Below are positions 23,988 through 35,959 of a stretch of 64,000 nt of DNA, piece by piece. The number at the start of each line of letters is the position of its first letter. Within the stretch, counting starts at the first letter, position 1. Position numbers and translations under genes: made by a program. Source of the DNA: Lepidodermella squamata (taxonomy: Eukaryota; Animalia; Gastrotricha); assembly GCA_047495785.1 (NCBI GenBank), contig JBLDXI010000032.1, positions 2,170,001-2,234,000 on the forward strand. The letters run 5' to 3'. Under the pieces are notes generated by a model. The model worked only from the letters and a program-made list of their open reading frames with translations. It was not told where the DNA came from and did not search any database.

Positions 23988-26420
23988 TTTTTTTTATTTA
24001 CATAATCTTTCGGGTGCGTACTGATGATTATAACGACATCCCTAGTTCGTTCATATAGCATTTGAAAAGGTCAATATCAACAATTTCCGGAAAGCAGGTT
24101 TTCGGTATTCCGTTCCATAGTTGTATTATTTTCTCGACTCTCTCGTAGGGCTTGATGTTTCGCTGCTGAGGGTTTGAGGGTTTCGCTAGGCAGATTTGAT
24201 GGTGGTGTTTTGCTGCCGATGCCCTGGTACCGGTTTTCCTCACAAAGATGCGTCTGAATTTTGATCTGACTTGCTTCGTTCCGCGACCCGCCACGATTAT
24301 CTTGTAGAGGTAGGTCATTACTCCTACATACCGTCGTCTACCCAGTGTTTGCAAGCTCGCTCCGGTGATGTTGCAAAATCTCGTCTGGACGGCATCGAGT
24401 TTTTCCAGTGTTGAAGGGGCTGCCGCGAACGAATAGGGGACCATGTCAAACTCGATGAATGGCAACACATAGGTTTTGTATGCATTTTCGAGCTGTCGTA
24501 GGGACATGAAGGGTCGCAGACGCAGGAGCTGCGTTATCGCCGTGTTTGCTCTCCCGATTTTTTGCTTGATGCAGGATTCCATCGACAGCTTCGAGTCTAA
24601 GACTAGTCCAAGGAGTGTCGTCGTTTCGATGTTGACTTGATCATCCTCATGGTGCGTTTCTTCCTCAGCATTTGCTTTCCTGCCTTTTGCGCCACTGTTG
24701 AAGCGTGGGTATGAGAATTTCGTATCCACGCGCTTTTTTGGGTCCATCGATACGCGGTGTGACTGAGCCCATCGTGCTGCACTCGCTTCAGCCATATCGA
24801 CGTCTCTTAGTGATGCACTGCCAAAATTAAAATCGTTCGCAAAGGTATATGGCTCCGGTGGCCGGTAACCCAATTCCCAACTGGGGCGCGTGACTGATCG
24901 GCTTATACCACCGTAGAAGACTAGCCATAGAGATGGCCCGAGTGCGCTACCTTGACAGATACCTGCAGCTTCCTCACGCACGCTCGAAGCAGCTCCAGCA
25001 ACTAGCACTCGAAAGGACCTGTCACTCAAGTATGAGAGCGTGTACTTTTCCTTGGATGCCGGCTCGCCAGAGAATGTCTAGTAGCAGCAGGCGATCGACC
25101 CGATCGAAGGCGCCACTGACATCCGTTTGCCTGAGGATAAAATCCCGCCGTTCATTACTTGTGCTGATGATATCGATAGTCACGGAGAGCTGCGTATCCG
25201 TACATCCACAGCCCACCAAGAATGCAGCTTGCTCAGGTGGAATGGCTCCATTTGAAATCGCCGTTTTAACTACGACTTCCGCTACGATGCGCTCGAATGT
25301 TTTTCCTATGAGCTCGCCCATTCCGATGGGTCGATAGTTGGTCTTGCTCGACTTTGATTTCTTCTTGTGCACGGGACAGACATTTTTTTTTAAATACTGC
25401 TTTATTTGGTTTCGGCCACGACTTTATACATCCGTAGATATTTATAATCGTAAGATTGTGTTTTGGATAGTAGTAGGTTCTTTCTCTACGTGGCTTCAAG
25501 TACAATTTGTGTTTGTTGTGTTTGTTGTTACAATTTGTTGGACAGACATTTACTATCTTGAACACACGAGGCCAAGTTTCTTCGTTGATCATTTTATTCC
25601 ACAGGACTTCCATGGGTTCTGCGATCCAGTTGGCTAGCATTTTTAATGGCTTTGGCCCAATACCGCTCGGCCCTGGGGCCTTTCCGGGTTTGAGAAGGGA
25701 TAGTCTATTCGCGATTTCTTTCTTGCTGGTACTGATCGTTGTTGTTATCATTCGCAATTTGATGTCGTCGTCTTTCCATTCTGCAGATCGGGGAGGCAGT
25801 GACATTTTGTCTTCGAAATAGTCGGCGAATAGTTGCGCTTTTTCCATGTCATCCGTTACTGTTACAAGCTTTCCACTTTCGTCATTGCCGTTATCGAGGG
25901 CGGGTATTCGACCGCAGCTAGGCTTGGATGACATCTGGACCTGTCTTAATAGTTGGTGGTATCGCCTAGGTGCCAGCTGCTTCTTGGAAAGCTGATTCTT
26001 GAGCGATCTTTTATAGTTTTCCTGAATTTTTCCGATCTCCATCTTCATTCTTCCTCTCTCTTCCTGGTCGGGAGAACTCGCCATTGCCTCGAAGAGTTCT
26101 TGGCATTTCTTGTCCCACCAGGGCACGGAAGACTCAACAAGCTGTATCTCCTTTTGGGGAATGTGGTCCTTCATGCCTTTTTTAACTACTTCAAGAATCC
26201 GTTTTGCCAAGCTATCAGCCGATAAGCGATTGATTTTGCCAGGTCTTAGTTGGTGACTGACTTGCCTTCTCAACTGGGTCCAGTTAGCCTTTCCGTATTG
26301 CCAAACGCTTCTAGGCGGCATTGTTCTAACGCTGACTGCGAGATCCAAGGAAGCGTTGACGACGTGATGTTCGCTGATACGAGGATGCCAATGGTGAATC
26401 CGAGTGTTACCATTTCATTA
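23988..26420 (-). mobile_element. Decayed CR1-group LINE ORF2 (end of endonuclease plus RT), 5'-truncated, with poly(A) tail
   Basis: SEHHVV, WQYGKANW, PWWDKKC, KPGKAPGPSGI, NYRPI, QTDVSGAFDRV, GICQGSALGP, FAND (mutated YADD), LGLVLDSKL, LWNGIP. Internal stop at ~25022. A-tail at 23988-23998. Confidence 0.9.
25384..25538 (-). mobile_element. ~155-bp polyadenylated retro-insertion inside the LINE ORF2
   Basis: TSD ggacagacat on both sides; on the minus strand AATAAA is followed by poly(A). Removing it restores KIVNVCPVHKKKSKSSKTNYRPI. Confidence 0.8.
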
Positions 26421-26440
26421 GACGATTGAACAACCGCATC

Positions 26441-26713
26441 CATTATGTGACCACTTTTTAGGCGGGAAACAGCGCCACCTCCTATTGGTTCATTCAAATA
26501 CTACGCGGGCAATTCAAACAGTTGTTTTTTGAGGAAAATGATCGTTTTTACAACAATTGGCACGCGTTTTCGACAAAATAGCGCCATATAGCGCTAAAAC
26601 GTTGCGAAAACTATTTTTTAATGAAAAAATGATCATTTGAATCGCCCGCGTAGTATTTGAATGACCCAATAGGAGACGGCGTTGTTTCCCGCCTAAAAAG
26701 TGGTCGCATAATG
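26441..26713. mobile_element. MITE with ~80-bp TIRs
   Basis: cattatgtgaccactttttaggcgggaaaca...ttcaaatactacgcgggc / gcccgcgtagtatttgaa...tgtttcccgcctaaaaagtggtcgcataatg. Confidence 0.8.
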
Positions 26714-27826
26714 TCGCCGATATGCTTTACAACATTGATCTCAGGAATGTCACGTTGAAGGCAGCTAATGCCACATGTACAAATTTCGCAGCAAATGCAA
26801 AAGCTCCAGAAGATTGCGGCGTGACAGCTACAGCCGGCTTATTAACAGCTGGCTTGTTCTCCTGCTTGTTGCCTGCTTATTATCAATAAATTTCGGCGTG
26901 TCTTCCATAGCAATGACGCAATGACATTATAGATACACAGAGCAATGTTGTCATAGACATTTCGAACCGTTACTTCCGTGGCGGAGGAGCTTTTGCATTT
27001 GCTGCAAAATTTCTACATGTCGCATTAGTTGCCTTCAACACGACACTAATGATATCGTTGTTGTAAAGCATACTATGGCACCATGACGTGAAAGAATCGT
27101 TGATTAATTATCAATTCCAGTGGTTTTACTGTTCTTGGAATTCGATTTACTGGGGAACATTTTATGAATATCATGATTCAATCCAAATAAAATACCATTC
27201 CCTTTTCCATTCTGTCGCCTTTCTCGCCTGCTGTTGGTAGATGGGCAGTTGCTGATCGACGTAGTACTCCTAGATTCCACGCCGCTCTGGTGCTAACTAG
27301 TGAACAGATTTCTTCTATTGCCCAAACATAAGACTCCCGAACTCCCGTTCTCGGATTCTTTTTTAATCGGCTTAATATTGAATTCTGAAAATGATAGACT
27401 TTCTTTACTCGTGACAGGTTTCTCCAGCTTGAACTATTAACCGTCAGTTTATTAGATGCATTTTCTTGCAGTGATTTCACTCTAGCTCGATTTTGCGTCC
27501 TAATGGCCACGACAGACACGGTTTCCCGCAACGACTCGCATTGATTTCTTCCAAATTCTTACGCTATCAAATGATTAAAAATTGATGAATTTTCATGCTT
27601 AGCTATGTTAGAGCTTCACAAAAATCGTCTAGACAGCCGGTGAGATATCTCGTTGCCACATCACAGCAAGCGCAGCGAAACATAACACAATCAAAATACG
27701 GGTGACCTGATTTCTCATATAAAGTTAGATAAAATAACAATGGCATTATTATCATGGGTAGAAAACTGTTTGAAAGCGGGGTGACTAAGTGTCTTTAGAT
27801 GACCGAAGGTAGCCTGATTACAACAG

Positions 27827-30577
27827 CTAATTCGACGCCCCTGTATAGATTGGAACTTACATAAATAACATTTTAGATAAAACTAGTTTACTTGTGGAGC
27901 AATCATCCCCAGTCCAGCCAGTCATGCAGATACATTGATTTGGCGCAACGCACTTACCTCGCATATAACATCCCTTCGCACATTTCGCTGTAGCAATAAT
28001 AATGAGATAACAGATAACAATGTAACCATAATACAGCACGCGGGCAATTTTACTACGATGACAACTTAAAGCTACACAAAAATGAGGAGGAAACTTCAAG
28101 GTGAAAACATGCTGAACTAATTGTTTTACTTACGACTGATGCAATCGGGAGGCTGCCAAGATGAAGTGCAAGAACACTGGTTTGGGCGAATGCAAGTTCC
28201 ACCGTTTGGGCAGCCCGATGGACAAATGGCTATAAATAACATAAAAATATAAATACAAATGGCTGATCGTGAAGCGAAGTTTCACATACGTGTATCGCAC
28301 GTAGTACCAGCCCAGCCAGGTGCACAGGTGCAAGTGTTGGGAGCCGAGCATCTGCCCCCAATGCCACATCCTGGATTGCAGACAGCTGTAATAGAATTAG
28401 CTTAGAAAACATTGTTGAAGATGCTTTCACGAAAATCACGCATAGCACAATCCCAGCCACCATACCCAGGCTGACACGTGCAGCGGTACCCTCCCATACT
28501 GTTCAGATCTCCAACGCAAGATTCAGCCTGGCAATTAACTGGGCACGCTATCTCTATGGTGGGTTAACAATTAAAAGGATCACAAACAATTCTGATTTAA
28601 TTACGGTTTATCAATTTGCACTGGTCCTTAAGCGTTGAAATCTGGCTCGGCGACAGGGCTGCTTTGTAAATCGAAAAACAGGAGTACTTGTTGTTGTACG
28701 CTAAATTCAAGAGCACATCTGACGGCACCCGTCTGAAAACAAAATATAAGTTGTAAGACCATTTTTAACTTCAATAGGGTAAATTTGAGATTATTTCTCA
28801 GTACTCATGAACTTGCCTGGCACCAAGAAACAGCGTGCGATGAGTGATGACTGTTGTTGGCATCGCAGGAACGCTGAATTGATCATCACAGACGATTATC
28901 AGCTGTGAACTGCTCGCGTTCCAAATCATGGCATAGAAATGCCACCCAGTTAGGTTCGTCGGAAGATAAACAAACGGACCAGATCCAGAAGAATACCCAA
29001 ACAAGTCATTTGTTTGTAGATCGCTTCCATTAGTTCCGCTATAACGCCATATAGCCGCGAATTTATTCGTCCCGTCGCCGAACTCAAAAACAGGTCCTCG
29101 CTGCGGCAGATTTGCAAACATCGAAATTGTGAAAGAGGATGTAGAAACATTAAGAGCGTCCGATGTTATGTTTATCCAATTGCTAGCAGTGCCGGTCTCA
29201 ACTGCAGTGTCCGGTAGCCCAAATGGTCCGACTGCGCTAGGGCAAGGAGTTGGTTGGTGAGTTGCATCTATGCCATTGCTAGATATGTCTCGATTTCGAA
29301 ATAGAGCATTCAGTGGCCAATATCCGAGTAGACTCGGTAAGCCTGCTTGATTATTGATGAATTGATACACATTATCACGGCCAGAACTTAGTTCTGAATG
29401 GAATGAATTATTATCGATTTATATTGTCGTGACAACACCCTACGTGTACTGCAAGTAGTGCCACTCCAACCACTGAAACAAGTGCAGGTATTAGGTGCTG
29501 TGCAACGACCACCAACACCACAATCAGGAGTACAAACGGCTGAATGAAAACAACTTATCGGAAGTAGCCCATAAGTAAAAGCAATAAGCGTACGTATACT
29601 GCAATCCCAGTTTGTCCAGCCAGTTTGACAAGTGCACCTGTATCCTCCCGGTGTAATGGTATCCCCAACGCACGTTCCCGATTGACAGTTGGTTGAACAG
29701 GTTATTTCTACAGGATTGCATTGGGCAATCAACTATCAAGTATACAAGCAATGTTCAACTAACGACTTAAAATTTGGCATTGATCACGGAGGAGAGCTAA
29801 TTGAGCTGCGTTGAAGGCTGTTTTATGAATCGAAAAACAAGCGTATTTGTTGTTGGACGGTCCAGGCAATCCAACTGATGTAAGCAATCTGAATTAAGAG
29901 GAAGGTTCAAAGGAAGCTTTGTGAACAATTATCATTCATAAAACTAACCTTGTTCCAAGATACATGCTCCTGAACGTCGTGAATGCTGTTATTGAGACCG
30001 GCGAACTTATTTGATCATGGCATACTGCCGTCATTTTCAACGTGGTAGAATCGAAAATGTGTGCGACGAAACGCCAACCAGCAGTGAAGGCACAATTAAC
30101 CCTCAAATTCGCGTACATGGGATTGGGTGAAATGTATATCGCATTTGACTGCATTGCGCCGTCGGCTTGAAGATTCCACATATGGGCTTTTAGGGCTGGC
30201 GTCGTAACATCCTCGTATTCGTAGATGGGGCCGCGATTCGGGATGTACACGAATGTAGCGATAGTCACAGATGATGAGCCGAAGTTCAGTAGATTAGAAG
30301 TTAGGTTTAAATAGTTGGCCGCATTGTTAGCATGTGTTTCGTAAGCTGTACCCGGCTGGCCGAATGGGCCTTGTGTCACGGGGGTAGGGGTCGGTGCGGA
30401 CGTGGCATGAATTTGATTTCCCGAAATGTCTTGCAGACCGAAGAGCGAATGCAGCGGCCAATATCCAACCATGTTCGGCAAAGAAACTTTATTTAGGGCG
30501 AATTGAGTGCCGAAATCTTGCGCGAGCATCGCATCAACTCTGAGAAGAATCAAAAAGCAAACGAGAATATGTTGCAT
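27827..30577 (-). CDS. Secreted (LamG-like + EGF)x2 protein, copy B2
   Basis: Colinear paralogue of 13866-16612 with the same exon pattern and open exons; last micro-exon RASN*. Confidence 0.8.
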
Positions 30578-31189
30578 CTCCGTTCACGCAAGCAGGAAGA
30601 AAAATTGCGAAATGCGACTACATTGTTACTTTGCTGTCAAATAATTTAGTTAATTATCGTTAAATCGATTGAAGATACAGTAATCTTCATTGGATTCCCC
30701 CAGGTGTTGATTGTCAACCTCTCACCTGCACAAACTAGAACAAATTATTTGTTTAAAGCCGGGGTTGCGTAGATGCAAGTCGAGAAAAACGTTAGATGGA
30801 TCGCGGCAAATCGTTGAAGTATTATCTCCCTAGTAACTTGGTGTAGTTGCGCTTATGTCGTTGAGGTGTGCGGCGGTGATGGTAGCGCAGCCCTACGAGG
30901 CTTTCAGGTTTCATTTCACACCATTACATTCACATTTTACTAGAGGCCTTTCCATAATCGGTTTTTGTTGATTGTTGATTACAGCTCTTACCCGAAAAAA
31001 CCTTCCTTGAAATACGACGATGAATTTGCTAGAGATTTCTGCTAGCCTATACTATACTTCAATGATTGTCGAGACAAACCACGGCTGTTCAGCCTAAAGA
31101 AAGGAATAGTAGGAATAGTAGGAATAGGCGATAGAGAAGCTGTCGAATTGATACATTGACGAGAACTTCGAAAATATTATATTGAGTAC

Positions 31190-32345
31190 AGTCATTTGGG
31201 GCAAAAGGGAAAAAAGTATGATTCCCTGCTTCAGAGGGTCCTCATGGGTAAATCATTAATCAGGTCGAGCGCATTCCGTCATGTGTTTCGATAAATTAAG
31301 CGCATTTTCCGATGAAATAATGCATTGAAACGACTTTCCGATTGTTTAATTTAGTCTTCACCCGTTTTATGTTTCCGACGTTACAAGTAAAAATGATTCG
31401 CAGAAAGAAATTATTAGTTCGATGGTTTCATGTTAATTCGTCCTGATACCGATTTTATAGGTGTAATGCAAATTCCCTCTCGTTTTTTGCTTCCAGAATT
31501 CCAACCTTAAACTCTGCAGCCATTCTTTTGGAACCGACGAATAGAAATTTTAAATTATCTTTAGTTTCATTTCCTGGATTCCCCTCATTCGCACATTGAC
31601 CCTCGCATTTGCTTGGTTTCTGTTGTTCGACGCGCGGTCATCACGGCTGAAGCTGAATTAGCCACCGCCAACTACGCCGAGGCTCATGCTTCCCACTTCC
31701 CACTACAAGAAGACCAGTGACAAGCGTAAGCTTATCAAGACCCGTTCGGCCAGCCTCGAACGCACATTGCCCATTTTTGCCTCGGATGGGAAGTGTGTCT
31801 CCTCCTACGATCAGACGCAGTGGCTGCGTGATCCGCAAGAAAGCACAAGCGCAGCAAGAAGCACTGCCAAGCCCACCACAAGCCCCACGCTGGTTTCCAC
31901 AAAGACCGGGCCCGCGACAAGGCCGACAAGGTGATTGAATTTAAAAAAGAGACCTTCACCGACAATGGTCACAACAGCGTCAACAAGTTCAGCTTCGAGT
32001 CAGCATCAAACGAGTTCGCCAAGGCCGACTCCACTGCCAGCCGTAAAAAGACCGCCAAGAAGACTCATGGCAATTGCTCGCCAGGCCCGCTCTACCGACT
32101 ACGCGACTCCCGCGACTCGAAGGCTTCGGCCGCCGCTGCCTCGAAGAAAGCGAAGCGCAACAAGGGCCCACAATAAGCACCGCGCCCCGGTCTCCGTCGC
32201 GCGTGACTGCGCTAGTAATAAATACTCGATCGAGATTTCTGTGAAATTAGCTGCAAAACACAGTTGGAACTGAGTGTCTTACTAATATATTGAAGAAATT
32301 ATATAGATGAAGAGATAGAAGGTGCTCTTGTTCCCCGTAGGTTAG
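31190..32345 (+). mobile_element. Probable decayed DNA-transposon insertion absent from the duplicated segment
   Basis: Starts TA-cagtcatttgggg, similar to the ccgtcatttgggg end of the element at 18335-19308. Contains a GC-rich, frameshifted Lys-rich ORF remnant at 31686-32176. Right TIR is unclear. Confidence 0.35.
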
Positions 32346-32702
32346 TAGTGTAAGCTCCTGGAGATAAGAAATTTATTGCCGAAGCCATTCTGAGCTCAAA
32401 CAATGCAGAGAACAAAAAGCGCTTCTTACCCGTGTGGCCGAATAAAACAAGTACCACAAACATAAATAAAAGAAGTTTATGGCACCATAACTAAAAATTC
32501 GTGTCACCCTCGAGAGTGCACTATTCTCATGCGTGATGGCTGGCTGTGTATAATCCTTCAGGTTTAGTAACTCTGCCGTAAGGTTTCAAGCAAGTTGGTC
32601 ATTTATATGCGATTTCCAAACAAGCCTCGAATTTGCCACATAATATCAACTAACATTCAGATCGAACATGACATTGTTTAGGTATCTTCCAGAGGCATTA
32701 AA

Positions 32703-34771
32703 ATGGCTTATATTGCCCTATTATTTGCCGCGATTATTCAAGTGACTCTGAGTTACCCAAGGTTGAAAATGGAAATACCAAATGGCGACCGCGTTCCATC
32801 GCCATGTGATCCGAAGGTCACCTGGCCGGGAGTGGGCCATGAAAGAAGTGCCGGATCGGGGCCTTTCAACCCATTCGGTCGGGCTTTTCTGGCCAACGGC
32901 AAAACATGGACAGCAGATTTCTGCCGAGCTGACAGCGACGGCGATGGCAGGACGAATGGCGAAGAATTGGGCGACCCAGGCTGCACGTGGACGAAAGGCG
33001 GCGTGCCGCAGGTCACTGATTCAGCTCGATTGTCTCACCCTGGCGTTTGCGAGCCGATAACCTCGCCGCAGTGTGCGGGCAAGGTCAATTTTCTGCTCGA
33101 AATCGATGCCTGCAAGAAATTGCTGAACAACACAGAAGAATGGTGCCCGGCTACAAAACTGCCAGATGTAAAGACAATGATTTTGCGATTCAATGATACG
33201 GTCATTCCAGCCGCTGAAAACACTTACTTCTGCCAAACGTTCAAAGTTCCGGCTGATAGGGACTATCACATTATTGCTGTAAGTAATCGCCCTGACTTCT
33301 TAAGAACCAAGTCTAGTCGACTTTTATTCAGTGGGAACCTATAATTGCCAACTCCGAGATCATGCATCATCTCATTCTCTTTATTTGCGACTCAAATGAA
33401 GCCGAAGCTGTTATCAAAAAGACCGGTAATTACTCGTCACCCACCCGATGCGGGTTATTACCGCCAGAATGTCCCAACAGCAATATTGGATGGGCATTTG
33501 GTATGAAAGGCCGATGTTTCTACAACGACACTGGCATGCTGATGGGCAAAAGTACCTATCAGACAGTTATTGTGCAAATTCACTACAACAACGCGTATCA
33601 TAAGTCAAATCTCAGCGATTCGTCAGGTGTGAAAATTTATTACACGGAAAAATTACGTCAATACAACATTGCGTTGATGAGACCTGGGCAGGCCAATCTA
33701 GCTATTCCGCCTCGTTCGCCGCTAACCCGAGTTATCGCGAGATCGTTTCAATCTCAAAACTGCAGCCGACGAATTTTGAGCAGTGATTTGAAATCGGATC
33801 AGACCTACAATATCTCCGCTATGTTGATGCACATGCATAAAACTGGAAAACGTGCCAAGTTGACGCTAGTGAAAGCTGATGGCAGAAAACGGGTCATTTT
33901 TGATGAGCCTTACTTTTACGACCGACCATACAGCGTTGAACTTGATCGCAATCAAAACATCGTGTTTGGAGCCGGTGATAACTTTGTCCTTGAATGCCAA
34001 TATCAGACAACAAATCGCAGCAAGTGGACTTTTTTCGGCGAGAACACTGAGGATGAAATGTGTCTCGTTGGAATGCAGGTAAATCGCTCAAATTTTTTCA
34101 AATTGTATGAAAATTTGCGGTATTTTTCAACAATTTTAAATTCAGGAAAAAATGATTTTCAAGAACTCCATGCATTTTTTCAAACTTATACTTGACCTCT
34201 TTGAAAAATGTTTAAGGAATATAAATTAATCTCAAGCTTAATTATCTGTTTATAGGTATTTCCAAGGCCACGCGAACGAAATTTTGTTGAAGCTGGGTCC
34301 GTGGGGCTGAACGATGCCTGCATAATGAGCACCGTTAACAGGGCTGATCGAATCGGTTTTTGCAACCCAGCTGTTTTAGCTAAAGCCATAGGTTCCATGA
34401 AAAACGACACGTCTACGAATCTTCTTAATTCCTGCAATATCGACGCCAATTCCCGCGCGACAACTTGCTGCGATTATCTAAACAAAAACCAATTTTTCTC
34501 GTTCAATTGCGTCTACATGGGCGCTTATGAGCTCACCCGGCGGCTGCTTGACAATTCGACCACGGAAGCTACCGCTCGGAATGTATACGCTAACATAGCT
34601 CGATGCATCAATGATATCATCGAGAATACGACTTTGGAAGACCTGTCTAAATCAATGGCTGATATTGGTGCATCCAAATCTTCCGCAGCTTATGCTATTT
34701 TGGGACGATTTTTGCAAGTCGTGTTGGCAGTTTTCAACGCAACACTCTTAAGATCAATGTTTTCAGGCTGA
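32703..34771 (+). CDS. Temptin-domain copper type II monooxygenase (DBH/MOXD-like), copy A2
   Basis: Exons 32703-33278, 33332-34078, 34256-34771. Same temptin motif and intact MHH, QIHY, HMH and EMC copper ligands; hydrophobic C-terminus. Confidence 0.9.
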
Positions 34772-35434
34772 CATGACAATGTTTCTTATATGACTTGAAT
34801 TATTTGAACGAACTATCAATATTCCGGTGATTTTAATGTTCTTGGTAATCGATAATGAACGAAATTTCATCAACCAGAGAATGTGAACTTTTCGATTCAA
34901 TATCCAAATCCGATTCAATAATCCGTGGAATAAAGCATTGCGTTCCCTTTTTCACGGATCTCTGGGTAAATAGAACTTGATCCAATATAACTTGAGAATC
35001 GAAAACGGACGTATCGCTTTTTCTGCCAGTTTTCTGCTTCGATGATTTCAGCGCCGGCACGCCAGTTTATCGGCGTGTTGTCCGATTGTCACTATTTACA
35101 AGCCAAAAGCGCGGTGATGCGCGAAATTGATGGGTCACTTCCAGGCGCGCAGCAGACGGCATTTTATTTTGGATCAAAATAATAGTGGATTATTTTTGTA
35201 TCTTTCAAACTCGTTGGCCATACTTTTCGATGAACCCAATTGAAAGCGTTCCAATTTACAAGTTACCGCACCCTGATTCCTGTGTTCAACACGTGACACT
35301 CATTATTGAGGGCAATTAGGAATTTTTGCGCCCCGCTAATTATTGGTTCCGCTATTCTAAAACAAGTGCTCTCATCCGAAAATATTCATAATTTTGCGTA
35401 ATTAGATGCCGTTGCTTTCTATAATTATTGAACT

Positions 35435-35959
35435 ATGAAAGCGTATGGTCAGGGTTTGATTCATTCCCGTTTACCACGCAGGGACAATTATCCAAGGGCT
35501 GGTGAGTTTTTCCAACCACAATCGCTTATATTTTGCGATCTCGTTTTACAACTCTTTTTCTCTGCCATGACAGTATCGATCACCTCCCACTCCTCTCACT
35601 ATGAAGACGAGGAAGAAGTGGGTCGGCGGGATCACAACGGCCAGAGGCGCTCGTCATGGAGCAGCAATGATTCGTGTTTCTGTTTCGGCTGCTTCGCCGT
35701 TTTCGTTATCTTCATTCTAGGAATCACCGCAATTTTCTCCGCCGTCCTCGGCACATCGCCGTGCTTCCGTGGTTGCATGTCATCGTGCGACTACCCGCTA
35801 TGCCTAACCCACTGCATCGCTGTTTGTAAGAAGACTCACTGGGCAGAATGTCCTGAAGACGGACCGAACGTTTGCGCAGCGCTAGGAGAATCTTTCCTAG
35901 CTGCAAGCTTTGACACTGATAACAGTCAACGGAATAACGTGAAAACTAAGACGAGTTGA
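35435..35959 (+). CDS. Cys-rich type II membrane protein (family member 3)
   Basis: Open frame with a probable in-frame intron at 35502-35573. SCFCFGC, then TM, then TSPCFRGCMSSC..CLTHCIAVC..HWAECPEDGPNVCAALG. Confidence 0.75.
   Translation: MKAYGQGLIHSRLPRRDNYPRAGEFFQPQSLIFCDLVLQLFFSAMTVSITSHSSHYEDEEEVGRRDHNGQRRSSWSSNDSCFCFGCFAVFVIFILGITAIFSAVLGTSPCFRGCMSSCDYPLCLTHCIAVCKKTHWAECPEDGPNVCAALGESFLAASFDTDNSQRNNVKTKTS

Larger units (their letters stand above)
21559..27180 (+). pseudogene. Disrupted middle temptin-monooxygenase copy A'
   Basis: Exon-1 pieces at 21559-21577 and 22792-23000 with an internal deletion. Inverted 3' end/UTR pieces at ~23010-23163 and ~26714-26985. Direct-orientation 3' end from ~26985, matching 12888 onward. 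Confidence 0.85.

Noticed and set aside
25405-25500. Hammerhead-like motif (cttgaa-gccacg...cgtggc-cgaaac) on the minus strand
   Set aside because: The core lacks CUGANGA, and I could not identify stems I and III.
31686-32273. GC-rich Lys/Ser-rich ORFs as a host gene
   Set aside because: Frameshifted, no recognisable domain, and within a segment missing from the paralogous region. Kept only as a low-confidence transposon remnant.
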